A stretch of DNA of 64,000 bases from Acidiferrobacterales bacterium (GTDB lineage Bacteria > Pseudomonadota > Gammaproteobacteria > Acidiferrobacterales > SPGG2), in the NCBI GenBank assembly GCA_046759385.1, contig JBHICC010000006.1, positions 10,721 to 74,720 on the forward strand, written 5' to 3'. Numbering within the stretch: position 1 is the stretch's first letter; the number at the start of each line of letters is the position of its first letter. Below are positions 31,316 through 43,357 of the stretch, in pieces. Under the pieces are notes generated by a model. That model did no database searches. It had not been told where the DNA came from and worked only from the letters and a program-made list of their open reading frames with translations. Position numbers and translations under genes: made by a program.

Positions 31316-31332
31316 ATCCAGGGGCTACCGTC

Positions 31333-31656
31333 ATGTCGGACATTTTAGGCAAGTTAACCGTCGTACTCGAAACGCGCAAGAACGCCGATCCGGATTCGTC
31401 CTACGTAGCGCAACTTTACGCACGGGGCCTCGATGCGATTCTGAAGAAAGTCGGCGAGGAAGCAACGGAAACGGTGCTGGCAGCTAAGTCAGGAGACCGA
31501 AGCCAGCTCATCCGCGAGACTGCCGACCTCTGGTTTCATACCCTGGTTCTGCTGGCACATCTGGAGTGTCGTCCCGAGCAAGTCTTGCAAGAACTTGAGA
31601 GGCGATTTGGCACGTCGGGTATCGAGGAAAAGACCCAGCGCGGGAGCCCCAACTAG
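31333..31656 (+). CDS. hisE: phosphoribosyl-ATP pyrophosphatase
   Basis: About 107 aa from ATG 31333 ([22 protein letters not shown]). Confidence 0.9.
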   Translation: MSDILGKLTVVLETRKNADPDSSYVAQLYARGLDAILKKVGEEATETVLAAKSGDRSQLIRETADLWFHTLVLLAHLECRPEQVLQELERRFGTSGIEEKTQRGSPN

Positions 31657-31788
31657 ATGGCAGTAGGCCTGTTCTGTAAGATAGGATGCATGGTCTCGGC
31701 GTTCCCCCTGGGCGTCGTATGCACATCATGCGAATAGCCGGCGGTCAGTGACCGCAGGCCGCATAGCGAGCGAAGCGGGAGAAGTACT

Positions 31789-32022
31789 ATGGGTGGCATA
31801 GGCATTTGGCAGTTACTGATTATTCTGCTCATCGTGATCTTGATCTTTGGTGCCAAGAAGATAAGAGGTCTAGGCTCTGACTTGGGCGGCGCTATTAAGA
31901 ACTTCAAGCAGTCGGTGAAGGAAGGCGATGAAGAAGGCGAGCAGGAATCCAAGCAGGTGGAGGACAAGCCTGCACAGGTCATAAATGGCGAGGTCACGGC
32001 GAAGAAGAAGCAAAAGGCCTGA
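31789..32022 (+). CDS. tatA: twin-arginine translocase subunit TatA
   Basis: 77 aa ([24 protein letters not shown]). Confidence 0.92.
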   Translation: MGGIGIWQLLIILLIVILIFGAKKIRGLGSDLGGAIKNFKQSVKEGDEEGEQESKQVEDKPAQVINGEVTAKKKQKA

Positions 32023-32053
32023 ACACCGCTAGTGTCGGCGCGGCGAGATAGCC

Positions 32054-32491
32054 ATGTTCGATATCGGAATAGGAGAGCTGGCCCTCCTTGGCCTGTTGGT
32101 GCTGATTGTGTTGGGGCCAAAGCGATTGCCGGAGATAGCACGTGGCGCCGGCATGTGGGTGGGACGCATCCGTCGGTTTGTTGCCAGCGTAAAAGAGGAC
32201 TTTGACCAGGAGCTGCGCACTGAAGAACTCGCCGAACTTAGAAAGCTCCAAAGCGAGCTCACCGAAACTCGTCAGTTCATCCAGCGTTCATCCAGCGACG
32301 CGCTAGAAAGCCTACAGCGAAATCTTGATGACGAGGTGTTAGCTGGCGCTGCGAAGCCCAAAGCTAAGCGCAAATCTAGCCGCCGTTCATCGGCTACGAC
32401 CAAAAAGAAGAAACGACCAGCGACAACGCGCGCCAAGAGACCCTCGGGCAGAAAGAAGAATGTCGCAGCAAGAAAATCAAGACGGCGCTGA
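32054..32491 (+). CDS. tatB: twin-arginine translocase subunit TatB
   Basis: 145 aa ([26 protein letters not shown]) with a basic C-terminal tail. Confidence 0.9.
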   Translation: MFDIGIGELALLGLLVLIVLGPKRLPEIARGAGMWVGRIRRFVASVKEDFDQELRTEELAELRKLQSELTETRQFIQRSSSDALESLQRNLDDEVLAGAAKPKAKRKSSRRSSATTKKKKRPATTRAKRPSGRKKNVAARKSRRR

Positions 32492-33311
32492 GGGAACGTT
32501 CCTCTCGCACCTCGTCGAATTGCGTAACCGCCTCATGTATGCGGTTATTGCCGTGCTCGGCGTGTTTGTAGCGCTCGTTTACTTTGCCCAAGAAATCTAC
32601 GTGATCGTAGCGACACCGTTAATGAAAGCTCTGCCGGAAAGCGATAGTATGATATCGACAGGGCCTGCAGACCCGTTTTTTATTCCGATCAAGCTCACCT
32701 TCGCTCTTGCCGTCGTAATTACCATTCCTTATCTGCTTTACCAATTGTGGGCGTTTGTAGCGCCCGGGCTGTACAAACGGGAACGTCGCCTAGTGGTTCC
32801 GCTTCTTGTATCAAGCACGATGTTATTCTATTTAGGCATGGTATTTGCCTACTTTGTCGTGTTTCCTATTGCGTTCGGTTTCTTCACTGGGTATGCACCC
32901 GAAGGCGTGAGAGTGATGACAGATATCAATGCTTATCTGAGCTTCGTGTTGCGCGTCTTTTTCGCCTTCGGTGTCGCCTTCGAGGTGCCTATCGCCATCA
33001 TCTTGCTCGCGCGAGCAGGTGTGGTGGATCCAGACACACTGGCGGGAAAGCGCCCCTATGTCGCCATCGCGACATTCGTTATTGCCATGTTGCTAACGCC
33101 ACCGGACGCGTTTTCGCAGACCTTGCTCGCCATACCGATGCTGCTGTTGTTCGAAGTGGGGATTTTTTTCGCCCGGCGCATGCGTGGGGGTGAAGGCGCT
33201 AACACAGGCATGGAAGACGAGTTGGACGATAGTATCGAAGATTTCGATGGCGCTGTGGCCGGCGGTGGAAAGACGGGAGGGAATAAATCTTCTAGCGCCC
33301 GGTCCAAGTGA
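32460..33311 (+). CDS. tatC: twin-arginine translocase subunit TatC
   Basis: 283 aa (..[12 protein letters not shown]), six TM segments. It overlaps the tatB end by 32 nt. Confidence 0.93.
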   Translation: MSQQENQDGAEGTFLSHLVELRNRLMYAVIAVLGVFVALVYFAQEIYVIVATPLMKALPESDSMISTGPADPFFIPIKLTFALAVVITIPYLLYQLWAFVAPGLYKRERRLVVPLLVSSTMLFYLGMVFAYFVVFPIAFGFFTGYAPEGVRVMTDINAYLSFVLRVFFAFGVAFEVPIAIILLARAGVVDPDTLAGKRPYVAIATFVIAMLLTPPDAFSQTLLAIPMLLLFEVGIFFARRMRGGEGANTGMEDELDDSIEDFDGAVAGGGKTGGNKSSSARSK

Positions 33312-35179
33312 GCATGTACGTCAGCGCGCGAGTTTGCTTGCCGTTGTTATTGTTTGTTTCCAGCCAATTCCTGCTGGTAGAGGGCGCGCATGCGCTTGTT
33401 AATCAACTAGCAGGGCACGCCTCACCTTATTTGGCGATGCACGCCGATGATCCTGTGGCCTGGCAGGACTGGAATCAGGCCGCGGTGGATCGAGCGCGGC
33501 ACGAGAACAAGCTTCTTTACGTCTCTATTGGCTACTTTTCATGTCACTGGTGCCATGTAATGCAGCGCGAAAGCTACCGTAATAAGGACATCGCAAAGTT
33601 CTTAAACACCCATTTCGTTCCAGTGAAGGTCGATCGAGAACTTGAACCCGCTTTGGACGCGCGCATGATCGAGTTCGTGGAGGCGATCCAGGGTAGAGCG
33701 GGTTGGCCGCTTAATGTCTTCATTACCCCCGAGGGACACCCGCTGTATGCGGTGCTTTATTTGCCGCCACACCGTTTTCTGCAGGTTGTGCAAAGGCTAC
33801 ATTCACTGTGGGAGCGTGAGCGTGAAGAGCTTGAACAGCTAGCGCGCGGCGCCAAAGTCACCGCGAATATACCTAACAAGCCGCCACCGACGGCAGAAGA
33901 GGTCGAGCAATATGCGGACCAGATTGAAAGAATGGCACTCGCTGCGGCCGATTCGATCAACGGCGGGTTCGGGCGGGCCGCGAAGTTTCCTTCGGTTCCG
34001 CAGCTCGATTTTCTGCTTGACCGCTGGGAGTCTCAACCAGACACTCGCATAAAGGACTTCCTGCGCGTGACTCTCGATCGGATGGCCAACGGCGGATTGT
34101 ACGACCATCTTGGAAGTGGCTTTTTTCGTTACACCACAGATCCTGCGTGGAAGACCCCGCATTTTGAGAAGATGCTTTACGATAATGCATTACTCGCGCA
34201 GCTGTATTTGCGCGCAGCCCGTGCGTTCAAACACCCCACATACGAGGAAGTTGCACACCGTACGTTGGCATTTCTCATCAATGAACTTCGCACGCCGACC
34301 GGTGCGTTTGTGGCGTCGTTGTCAGCCGTAGATGATAGCGGCAAAGAAGGCGGTTATTACTTGTGGAACGAGGCGCGGCTGCGGGAGCTGTTGGGCCCCC
34401 GCGAGCGCCGGGCCGCGAGTCTTTATTGGGGCATGACGGGCACAGCGCCGTTCGACAGCGGTTACCTGCCTGTCAAGGTGCTGACACCTGCGGAGGTGGC
34501 CGAGCGAATGGAGTTGGGCGGCGCAGAAGTCGAGCAGTTGTTGGCGCGTGCGGAAAGGAAGCTCTATCAGGCGCGAGCCCAGCGGGACCTTCCCAAAGAC
34601 ACTAAACTGCTTGCCGGGTGGAACGGGCTCGTATTGTCGGCGTTTGCCTATGCTGCACGTGTAACCGATGACGATCAGTACCGCCGCACTGCCAAAGGCG
34701 TTCGGGACTACCTTTTGCAGCAGCTTTGGGATGGTCAGTCACTGCGGCGTGCCGTACGTCATGGAAAAGCATTCGGTCATGCGTCGCTTGAGGATTACGC
34801 CTATGTCGCGCAGGGGTTGTTAGACTGGGCCGAATCCACTGGGCGAGAGCCAGACTTTGCAAACGCGCAGGCCGTTGTCAGTCAGGCGTGGACCCGTTTC
34901 TATTCGCTCAAGGGTTGGCACTTGGCAGCGGCGAGCCTGATCGAGGCCGAGCGCGCTCAGGTTGCTATTCTAGATGGCCCCATGCCTTCACCCTCGGCGA
35001 TTCTGGCGGGTGTAACCATGGCGCTGGCGGCACGCAGCGATGACGAGCGTTTGCGCGCGAAGGCTATCTCCGCGCTGAGCGCTGGCCAGGAACGCGTGCA
35101 ACGCAACCCCCTATGGAACGCCACGCATGTGCGAGTAATGTTGGCAAATATCCCCTCCGGCCGATCTGGCTCAGATTAA
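33308..35179 (+). CDS. thioredoxin-domain protein, DUF255/YyaL family (secreted)
   Basis: 623 aa with an N-terminal signal-like segment and the characteristic [18 protein letters not shown] motif, followed by a long alpha-helical (six-hairpin-like) region. The start is GTG 33308 or ATG 33314. Confidence 0.8.
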   Translation: MSMYVSARVCLPLLLFVSSQFLLVEGAHALVNQLAGHASPYLAMHADDPVAWQDWNQAAVDRARHENKLLYVSIGYFSCHWCHVMQRESYRNKDIAKFLNTHFVPVKVDRELEPALDARMIEFVEAIQGRAGWPLNVFITPEGHPLYAVLYLPPHRFLQVVQRLHSLWEREREELEQLARGAKVTANIPNKPPPTAEEVEQYADQIERMALAAADSINGGFGRAAKFPSVPQLDFLLDRWESQPDTRIKDFLRVTLDRMANGGLYDHLGSGFFRYTTDPAWKTPHFEKMLYDNALLAQLYLRAARAFKHPTYEEVAHRTLAFLINELRTPTGAFVASLSAVDDSGKEGGYYLWNEARLRELLGPRERRAASLYWGMTGTAPFDSGYLPVKVLTPAEVAERMELGGAEVEQLLARAERKLYQARAQRDLPKDTKLLAGWNGLVLSAFAYAARVTDDDQYRRTAKGVRDYLLQQLWDGQSLRRAVRHGKAFGHASLEDYAYVAQGLLDWAESTGREPDFANAQAVVSQAWTRFYSLKGWHLAAASLIEAERAQVAILDGPMPSPSAILAGVTMALAARSDDERLRAKAISALSAGQERVQRNPLWNATHVRVMLANIPSGRSGSD

Positions 35180-35318
35180 TTCTTTACTCTCTCAAGGGCG
35201 GTTGCCGAGGTTGTTCGATAGCGATTGCCTCCAGTTCGATTGTCTTGTCGTCCCGTCTCACTTGCAGCCTGATGCGACTCGGTCATCAGCGCAGCGAACT
35301 CGGCCGTTACCGGGGTGG

Positions 35319-35343
35319 TGTATAATCGCGGCTCATGTATAAT
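35319..35343 (+). promoter_or_regulatory. two tandem TGTATAAT boxes upstream of petA (candidate -10 elements)
   Basis: TGTATAATCGCGGC and TGTATAATCCGCAGC lie 17 bp apart, about 110-135 nt upstream of the petA ATG. No clear -35. Confidence 0.25.
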
Positions 35344-35454
35344 CCGCAGCCGCAGCACTTCCACGAACACCCAAGATCTCCGCAGTGCGGCCGCTGACGC
35401 AGTTGCAGCGGGTGCCCACCGATCGAGGGGCGAGTTTTTTCCAGGGGGGATTCC

Positions 35455-36054
35455 ATGAGTGACGAGGGAGTTAACCCTAGCCGGCGTCGATTGCTCGCGA
35501 TCACCACAGGCCTCGGCCTCGTGGGTACCGGTTTCGCAGCCGTGCCGTTTGTTTTGGGGATGACACCGAGCGCACGCGCACGCGCGGCGGGTGCTCCGGT
35601 TGAGGTCGATATCAGCAAACTCGAGCCAGGCCAGCTGTTAACGGTGGAATGGCGCGGTAAGCCGGTATGGATTCTGAACCGCACTGGCGAGATGCTTGCC
35701 AGCCTGGTCAAGCTCGAGAATGCCGTCGCTGATCCCACGTCCGAGGACAGCGAGCAGCCGGAATACGCAAAGAACGAGACACGCTCCATCAAGCCGGAGA
35801 TTCTGGTGCTGGTGGGGATATGTACCCACCTCGGTTGTTCGCCGCTCGCGAAGCTGATTGGCGGGGCTCCCTCGGGACTCGGCCCGGACTGGCTCGGCGG
35901 TTTTTTCTGCCCATGCCACGGCTCGTTATTCGACCTTTCCGGCCGTGTCTTCAAGAACGTACCGGCGCCGCTGAACTTAGTCGTTCCGCCCTACGCCTAC
36001 CTGAGCGACACGCGTATCCTGATCGGCGTTAATCAAGAGACAGAACTCGCCTGA
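35455..36054 (+). CDS. petA: ubiquinol-cytochrome c reductase iron-sulfur (Rieske) subunit
   Basis: 199 aa. Tat signal is SRRRLLAITTG and the Rieske boxes are CTHLGC and CPCHGS. Confidence 0.95.
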   Translation: MSDEGVNPSRRRLLAITTGLGLVGTGFAAVPFVLGMTPSARARAAGAPVEVDISKLEPGQLLTVEWRGKPVWILNRTGEMLASLVKLENAVADPTSEDSEQPEYAKNETRSIKPEILVLVGICTHLGCSPLAKLIGGAPSGLGPDWLGGFFCPCHGSLFDLSGRVFKNVPAPLNLVVPPYAYLSDTRILIGVNQETELA

Positions 36055-37289
36055 TGCAAACGCTTCTCGCCTGGATCGACGAACGCTTTCCACTGACCAA
36101 GGTCTGGGAAGAGCATTTAGCCAAGTACTATGCCCCGAAAAATTTCAATTTCTGGTACTACTTTGGCTCATTGGCAATGCTCGCGCTGGGGGTACAGATT
36201 GTTACCGGCATCTTCCTGGCGATACATTACAAACCAGATGCCGAGCGAGCCTTCGCTTCAGTTGAATACATTATGCGCGATGTGCCGTGGGGGTGGTTGA
36301 TGCGTTATATGCATTCGACTGTCGCATCGATGTTCTTTGTCGTTGTCTACCTGCACATATTCCGGGCATTGCTATACGGCTCACACCGAAAGCCCCGTGA
36401 GCTGATTTGGATTATAGGTGTCGTCATTTTGATTACCCTGATGGCAACGTCTTTCACCGGCTATCTATTGCCTTGGGGTAACATGTCCTACTGGGGCGCG
36501 CAGGTGATTATCTCGCTGTTCGGCGCTATTCCGCTGATCGGTGAAAACCTTGCGGAGCTGATACGGGGCGATTTTGTCGTGTCCGATGCGACACTCAATC
36601 GCTTCTTCGTGTTTCACATCGTTCTGTTTCCGTTAGTCCTTATCGGGCTTGTTTATATTCACATCGTGGCGCTTCACAAGGTTGGCTCAAACAATCCCGA
36701 CGGCATTGAGATAAAGAAGAATAAGAACAAGAGTGGCGTCCCGGTAGACGGAATCCCCTTTCACCCCTATTACACAGTCAAGGACATGGTGGGAGTGACT
36801 GTGTTCTTGATGGTGTGCTCGGCGATAATATTCTTTGCGCCAGAGCTGGGTGGTTGGTTTCTAGAGCATGATAATTTCGAGCCAGCAAATATATTGCAGA
36901 CGCCACCTGAGATCGTACCTCTGTGGTACCTTACTCCGTTCTACTCCATTCTACGAGCGGTGACCATCGACATCGGACCGATCTCAGCGAAACTTCTCGG
37001 TGTCTTGTCAATGGGGTTTTCTCTAATCCTGTTCTTTTTTCTTCCTTGGCTGGATCGCTCACCGGTGAAATCGATCCGCTATCGGGGCTGGATTTATCGC
37101 GTCGCACTCATGCTGTTCGTAGTAAGCTTTGTGGTGCTTGGGTACCTCGGTACCCAACGCCCCGAGGGCCCGAATCTTGTAATCGCTCAGATCTGCTACT
37201 TCTTATATTTTGCTTTTTTCTTGCTGATGCCCTGGTACACCAAAATCGACAAAACTAAGCCTGTTCCTGACAGGGTGCGAGCACGTTGA
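36054..37289 (+). CDS. petB: cytochrome b
   Basis: 411 aa, multi-TM (...WYYFGSLA..., ...PEWY-like PLWYLTPFY). Confidence 0.95.
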   Translation: MQTLLAWIDERFPLTKVWEEHLAKYYAPKNFNFWYYFGSLAMLALGVQIVTGIFLAIHYKPDAERAFASVEYIMRDVPWGWLMRYMHSTVASMFFVVVYLHIFRALLYGSHRKPRELIWIIGVVILITLMATSFTGYLLPWGNMSYWGAQVIISLFGAIPLIGENLAELIRGDFVVSDATLNRFFVFHIVLFPLVLIGLVYIHIVALHKVGSNNPDGIEIKKNKNKSGVPVDGIPFHPYYTVKDMVGVTVFLMVCSAIIFFAPELGGWFLEHDNFEPANILQTPPEIVPLWYLTPFYSILRAVTIDIGPISAKLLGVLSMGFSLILFFFLPWLDRSPVKSIRYRGWIYRVALMLFVVSFVVLGYLGTQRPEGPNLVIAQICYFLYFAFFLLMPWYTKIDKTKPVPDRVRAR

Positions 37290-38014
37290 AAAAGATCGCA
37301 CTCGTGTTTTTTCTGTTCGTTTTCCCAGCCGGCGCGACCGCCGCCGAGGCGCCTGTCAAGTTCGATCCCGTGCACGTGGACCTGAGCGACAAAGCTTCGC
37401 TACAACGGGGCGCGCGCATCTTCGTGAACTACTGTCTTTCGTGCCATAGCGCTGCCTACATGCGCTACGAGCGCATGGGACGCGATCTGGGTATTAACGC
37501 CGAGCTTCTCAAGGACAACCTCATGTTCACGACCGATAAGGCCGGAGAACTAATGACGGTAACCATGTCTGCTGATGTCGGCAAGAAAGCGTTCGGAAGC
37601 GCTCCGCCGGATCTGACGGTCGTTTCGCGTTCAAGGGGCCCGGCATGGATCTATAATTACATGCGCGGTTTCTACCGTGACCCGAAAAGCGCGACAGGTT
37701 GGAATAACATAGTGTTCCCGGATGTCGCCATGCCGCACGTGCTGTACAGCCTACAGGGCCAACAGCGTGCAGTGTTCGAGGCCAAAGAAAACGGGGTCAA
37801 GAAGTTTAAGGGATTTGAGCTGAAGCATCCGGGGACGATGAATGCAGACGAGTACGACGGTGCTATGCGAGATTTGACCAATTTTTTCGTCTACATGGGC
37901 GAGCCTGCGAAGTTGGTCCGTTATCGAATCGGTGTTTACGTCCTAGTATTTCTCGGCGTTTTCCTGGTCTTCATCTATCTTCTCAAGCGAGACTACTGGA
38001 AAGACGTCCACTGA
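37286..38014 (+). CDS. petC: cytochrome c1
   Basis: 242 aa with a signal peptide, the haem motif CLSCHS and a C-terminal TM anchor. Confidence 0.92.
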   Translation: MKKIALVFFLFVFPAGATAAEAPVKFDPVHVDLSDKASLQRGARIFVNYCLSCHSAAYMRYERMGRDLGINAELLKDNLMFTTDKAGELMTVTMSADVGKKAFGSAPPDLTVVSRSRGPAWIYNYMRGFYRDPKSATGWNNIVFPDVAMPHVLYSLQGQQRAVFEAKENGVKKFKGFELKHPGTMNADEYDGAMRDLTNFFVYMGEPAKLVRYRIGVYVLVFLGVFLVFIYLLKRDYWKDVH

Positions 38015-38092
38015 CGGTTGGCGAACACCTTAATCTGAAGGGAGTGTTACGCCCCCATTCCCTGTTCGAGCTGTCTTGAGGACGGAGCTAAT

Positions 38093-38722
38093 ATGGCGTC
38101 TCCCGTAAACCGAAAACCCATCATGACCTTGTACTCGGGTACTAACGACCCGTACAGTCACCGCACTCGCATTGTGTTGTTTGAGAAAGACGTTGAGTGT
38201 CGTATCGTAGAAGTCGATCCTAACAGAAAACCGCGCGAGCTTGCCGACCTAAACCCATACAATCAAGTACCCACGATCGTCGATAGAGAACTGGTGCTTT
38301 ATGACTCCTTAATCATTAACGAGTATCTTGATGAGCGGCTACCACATCCGCCGTTGATGCCAGTGGACCCAGTATCACGCGGCCGCGCGCGCCTGATGTT
38401 GATGCGGTTTGACCGCGACTGGTATGGCTTGCTGCCAGGCATTTCCGGGGGAGAGCGTCGCGTCGCGACTAAGGCGCGCAACGTTGTCCGTGACGGGCTT
38501 ACTGTAATCTCGCAGATCTTCAAGGAGCAAGCATACGTTCTCGGCGATGAGTTCTCTTTGGTGGATTGCTGCCTAGCGCCGATACTCTGGCGCCTGAACG
38601 ACTACGGGATTAACTTACCTCGCCAGGCTAAACCGATCCTTGAATACGCGGAACGCATCTTTACACGTAAGTCGTTTGAACTTAGCCTTACCGAGGCAGA
38701 ACGCGAGATCACCCAGAAGTAA
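38093..38722 (+). CDS. sspA: stringent starvation protein A
   Basis: 209 aa, GST-like (MTLYSG..DPYSHRTRIVLFEKDV). Followed by sspB. Confidence 0.93.
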   Translation: MASPVNRKPIMTLYSGTNDPYSHRTRIVLFEKDVECRIVEVDPNRKPRELADLNPYNQVPTIVDRELVLYDSLIINEYLDERLPHPPLMPVDPVSRGRARLMLMRFDRDWYGLLPGISGGERRVATKARNVVRDGLTVISQIFKEQAYVLGDEFSLVDCCLAPILWRLNDYGINLPRQAKPILEYAERIFTRKSFELSLTEAEREITQK

Positions 38723-38769
38723 GCTTAGCATCGACACGAGAGCTGGCTATGCTTGTTTGACAGACTGTC

Positions 38770-39168
38770 ATGACCCCAATCAAGGCCTACCTAGTTCGTG
38801 CAGTACGCGACTGGGCGGTGGACAACGGACTCACGCCGCACGTCGTTGTTGACATACATGTCTCGGGAGTTAACGTACCCACAGAGTTTGCTGAGAACGG
38901 CCGTATCTTACTCAACATTCATCCCCGGGCAGTAGAAAGATACGAGTTGGAAGGTGAAAGTTTGCTATTCTCCGCCAGGTTTGCCGGCAGTAGCCGCGCC
39001 GTTCAAATACCATTGGCCGCGATCCGCGCGATCTATGCACGCGAAAACGGTCAGGGTGTAGCCTTCTCTGAAGAGCCCGGGACCAGCGGTGATAACGAGG
39101 GGTCCTCCGATCCCACTTCCGATGATTCACCGCCCCGAAAGGGCTCGCATCTTAAGATCGTCAAATAG
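38770..39168 (+). CDS. sspB: ClpXP adaptor SspB
   Basis: 132 aa ([22 protein letters not shown]) with an acidic/Ser-rich tail ending LKIVK. Confidence 0.92.
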   Translation: MTPIKAYLVRAVRDWAVDNGLTPHVVVDIHVSGVNVPTEFAENGRILLNIHPRAVERYELEGESLLFSARFAGSSRAVQIPLAAIRAIYARENGQGVAFSEEPGTSGDNEGSSDPTSDDSPPRKGSHLKIVK

Positions 39169-39197
39169 CCCTGACGGCCCCGAAAATCTTTCCTCAA

Positions 39198-39220
39198 CCC
39201 CCAAGGTTCAAACTTGGGGG
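39198..39220 (+). terminator. hairpin after sspB (possible terminator, no T-tract)
   Basis: CCCCCAAG-GTTCAAA-CTTGGGGG, an 8-bp perfect stem. Confidence 0.3.
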
Positions 39221-39335
39221 AGCCTGGCCGGTGTTTCTTGCGGATACGCCACTGCAATTGTTTGTCACGCAAGAACGAAGCGCTTATGCTTTTGGCGCGC
39301 ATGTAGCCACGGCGCGTAAAGACGCGAGGGGTGCC

Positions 39336-39830
39336 ATGATAAAAGCTATCCGTGCCGATATCACGACCTTATCGGTTGATGCGATCGTGAACGCTGCTAA
39401 TCAGACGCTATTAGGTGGCGGCGGCGTCGATGGCGCCATCCACCGCGCCGCCGGCCCTGAACTGCGAGAAGCGTGTCGCCAGATCGGCGGCTGTCCCACA
39501 GGAGAGGCACGAATCACGCCAGGCTTTAAGCTTACGGCGAAGTGGGTTGTACACACCGTGGGGCCGGTATGGCAGGGTGGTCAGCAGAATGAGGCGACGT
39601 TGCTGGCATCCTGCTACCGAAACGCTCTGGCGCTTGCTCTCTCCAAGGGCGTTCGCACGATCGCCTTCCCCGGGATCAGCACAGGCGCCTATGGCTATCC
39701 GAAGCACGAAGCAACCCGGATTGCGGTGCAGGTGATGCGCGAGTATGCGGGTAGGTTCGATGAGCTTATTTGCTGCTGTTTTGGCGAGGAAGATAGGCAG
39801 GTCTATGAAAAGGAACTGGCTTCGACGTAG
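39336..39830 (+). CDS. macro-domain protein (O-acetyl-ADP-ribose deacetylase, YmdB-like)
   Basis: About 164 aa from ATG 39336. Motifs [23 protein letters not shown] and [12 protein letters not shown]. Confidence 0.88.
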   Translation: MIKAIRADITTLSVDAIVNAANQTLLGGGGVDGAIHRAAGPELREACRQIGGCPTGEARITPGFKLTAKWVVHTVGPVWQGGQQNEATLLASCYRNALALALSKGVRTIAFPGISTGAYGYPKHEATRIAVQVMREYAGRFDELICCCFGEEDRQVYEKELAST

Positions 39831-39901
39831 CGGCAAGTGGCACGTTGCCAGCAGCAAGTAACGACTTCAAGCTCGCCTCGCCACTTCGCACTGGCTACTC
39901 G

Positions 39902-41296
39902 CTAGTGTGGTTTTAGAGGAAATATCTTGTCAGGGTTGAGAATGCCGTTCGGGTCGAACTGGCTCTTGATACGGCGCATAAGGTCGAGCGTTGTCGGCTC
40001 AATCTCGCGATCTATGTAGTCGCGCTTTTCCCTACCCACACCATGCTCCCCGGATAATGTTCCCCCAAGTTCGAGCACGAGATCGAATACCCGTGAAAGG
40101 CAAGGTTGGGCACGTTCTGCCTGGTGAGGGTCCTGAGAGTCATAGAGCAAATTGACGTGGATGTTACCGTCGCCTGCGTGTCCGAAATTGACGATTGGGA
40201 TGCCAAACTCATTGCTCAATTGCGCTAGCTGGTTAATAAGCTCCGGGATCCGCGAGACCGGTACCACAATGTCTTCATTCAATTTGTTGGGTGCGATTTT
40301 TCGTAGCGCAGGCGACAGGGCTCTCCGTGTTGCCCACAGCGCAGCGACGTCCTCCGCACTTCGGGCAGTGATAAGCTCGAGAAGGCCCGTACCGGCGGCG
40401 GCACGCGACACGGATTCAACCGCCGCATCGAGCGCCGCCTCCGGGCCATCAACCTCGATCATCAGCAGCGCACCGGCCGATTCGGGCAAGCCGGCCGCGG
40501 CGTAATCGCGAACCAAATTAACCGCCTCGCCGTCCATGAACTCTAAAGCACAAGGGATAATTGGTTGCGCCATGATTCGAGCGACGGCCGCCGCGGATGC
40601 TTGCACGTCCGCGTACACCGCCTTCAAGGTGCGCTTAGCCTCCGGTAATGGCGTTAACTTCAAAGTGGCTTCGGTAATAACGGCGAGCGTGCCTTCAGAC
40701 CCGACAATCAGCCGCGTGAGATCGTATCCAACAACGCCTTTGGTCGTATTTACCCCGGTACGAATCTCCTCACCAGCACCCGTGATAGCACGCAACCCGA
40801 GCACGTTTTCCCGTGCAGTCCCATACTTAACGGCACGCGGACCGGCCGCGTTCAACGCCAGATTACCGCCGATGGCGCAGAACGCCCCGCTGGTTGGATC
40901 CGGCGGCCAGAAAAACCCCGATTTCGCAGCCATATCTTGTACCGCTTGGTTGGTTACCCCGGGTTCGACACGCATGGTGCGGTTGCCCGGATCAAATTCT
41001 GCAATTCGATCCATGCGCTCAAGCGACAGCACCAGCCCGCCGCGCAGCGGAATAGCGCTCCCCGTGGTCCCGGTGCCACGGCCGCGTACGACCAAGGGTA
41101 TTTTGTGCTCGTTGCACAGGCGCACGATACCGAGTACCTGCTCATGGCTGACCGCAAAGGCGACTATATCGGGGGCCCCATGTTTGCGTGAGTTGTCGTA
41201 TCCGTAGGCCCAGCAATCGGCAGGGTCAGTCAACACGTTGTCGCCCCCGACCGAGAGCTTCAATGCTTCGGCGAACTTTTCACTGGCTTGCATCAT
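39902..41296 (-). CDS. FAD-linked oxidase (GlcD / D-2-hydroxyacid dehydrogenase family)
   Basis: About 464 aa from the tandem ATGs at 41296/41293. It has a PCMH-type FAD-binding domain (VVRGRGTGTTGSAIP) and a C-terminal GGTLSGEHGVGREKRDY. No glcE or glcF is adjacent. Confidence 0.85.
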   Translation of the reverse strand: MMQASEKFAEALKLSVGGDNVLTDPADCWAYGYDNSRKHGAPDIVAFAVSHEQVLGIVRLCNEHKIPLVVRGRGTGTTGSAIPLRGGLVLSLERMDRIAEFDPGNRTMRVEPGVTNQAVQDMAAKSGFFWPPDPTSGAFCAIGGNLALNAAGPRAVKYGTARENVLGLRAITGAGEEIRTGVNTTKGVVGYDLTRLIVGSEGTLAVITEATLKLTPLPEAKRTLKAVYADVQASAAAVARIMAQPIIPCALEFMDGEAVNLVRDYAAAGLPESAGALLMIEVDGPEAALDAAVESVSRAAAGTGLLELITARSAEDVAALWATRRALSPALRKIAPNKLNEDIVVPVSRIPELINQLAQLSNEFGIPIVNFGHAGDGNIHVNLLYDSQDPHQAERAQPCLSRVFDLVLELGGTLSGEHGVGREKRDYIDREIEPTTLDLMRRIKSQFDPNGILNPDKIFPLKPH

Positions 41297-41771
41297 GCCC
41301 GCGAATACGCTCGATGAGCTCACTTGTAGAGCGGTTGTAGCGCACCGGTATGGAATGGATTTGTCCCCCGTATGCCGTGACGACATCGCCGCCAACGATG
41401 TCCGCCACTTTCCAGTCTCCACCCTTAACCAGGTGGTCGGGGCGGACCGATCTTATCAGCTCCAGTGGCGTCTCGGCATCGAAGGGCACGACCAGCGATA
41501 CGCAGCCCAAAGCGGCGAGCAGCGCCATGCGGTCTTCGAGCGCGTTTATCGGGCGCCCATGCCCCTTGTCCAGCTTTTTCATGGAGGCGTCACTGTTTAC
41601 CCCAATTATGAGACTTGCGCCCAGAGCCGCCGCGTCCTCAAGGTAGCTGATATGCCCGCGATGTAAGATGTCGAAACACCCGTTCGTGAATACAAACGGA
41701 TGCGGCAGTGCAGCCAACCTTTCGGCGAGCGTTTCCGATCCCTGGACGATTTTGGTTTCGCTTGAAGTCAA
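41280..41771 (-). CDS. hldC: D-glycero-beta-D-manno-heptose 1-phosphate adenylyltransferase (stand-alone RfaE domain II)
   Basis: 163 aa with the cytidylyltransferase motif FTNGCFDILHRGHISYL. Confidence 0.88.
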   Translation of the reverse strand: MTSSETKIVQGSETLAERLAALPHPFVFTNGCFDILHRGHISYLEDAAALGASLIIGVNSDASMKKLDKGHGRPINALEDRMALLAALGCVSLVVPFDAETPLELIRSVRPDHLVKGGDWKVADIVGGDVVTAYGGQIHSIPVRYNRSTSELIERIRGHDASQ

Positions 41772-42346
41772 TCGGTGTACTCGAACAGCTTGACGACCTT
41801 GTTAACACCCTTTCTAGTGCGTGCGATTTCGGTCGCCTTTTTCGCTTCCTGTTGGCCCACCAATCCCATCAGATAGACAACCCGGTTGGAAGTTACGACT
41901 TTCACTGCGCTCGGATCGACACCCTTGCTGGTCGTCTGTTTGGTCTTTATCTTAGTGGTAATCCATACGTCGTCACTAACACTATCAGAATCAGCCGGCG
42001 GGCTGATACGTATATAGTCGTGGATCCGCCTGATGGCTTCGACCTTGCGCACATGTGTGAGAACCTTATTACGCGCTTCTTTGGTCTCGGCCTCGCCCGT
42101 TAACAACACAATGCCATTTATGCTGGTTACATTTATGCGAACCTTATCGCGTATAGATTGATCATCTCTGATACGCGATTCTGCCTGCAGTTCCAAGGTT
42201 TGATCGTCCATGAATCTACCTGCTGTCCGACGATCATGAGCCACCGTGGCAGCGGTGGCGGCGCCAGCGACGACGACCGCTGCGCACCCGTATAGTTGCG
42301 CAATCGCAAGCGCTAGAAACAAGGTTAGTAGCGTAGTTCGCTTCAT
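41768..42346 (-). CDS. dolP: BON-domain outer-membrane lipoprotein DolP (YraP)
   Basis: Start taken at MKRTTLLTLFLALAIAQLYGC (lipobox). Two BON domains. The yraN-diaA-dolP synteny is present. Confidence 0.85.
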   Translation of the reverse strand: MKRTTLLTLFLALAIAQLYGCAAVVVAGAATAATVAHDRRTAGRFMDDQTLELQAESRIRDDQSIRDKVRINVTSINGIVLLTGEAETKEARNKVLTHVRKVEAIRRIHDYIRISPPADSDSVSDDVWITTKIKTKQTTSKGVDPSAVKVVTSNRVVYLMGLVGQQEAKKATEIARTRKGVNKVVKLFEYTD

Positions 42347-42347
42347 A

Positions 42348-43357
<1,010 letters not shown>

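Noticed and set aside
39198-39220. The hairpin CCCCCAAGGTTCAAACTTGGGGG was considered as a tRNA T-arm fragment or an att site.
   Set aside because: The loop and stem do not fit the T-arm register (GTTCAAA loop with an 8-bp stem). There is no acceptor or anticodon arm around it and no integrase nearby. It is kept only as a weak terminator candidate.
39838-39853. Sigma-54-like TGGCAC-N5 motif (TGGCACGTTGCCAGCA) after the macro-domain gene.
   Set aside because: The downstream element is CAGCA rather than TTGCW, and the site lies between two convergent gene ends with nothing to transcribe.
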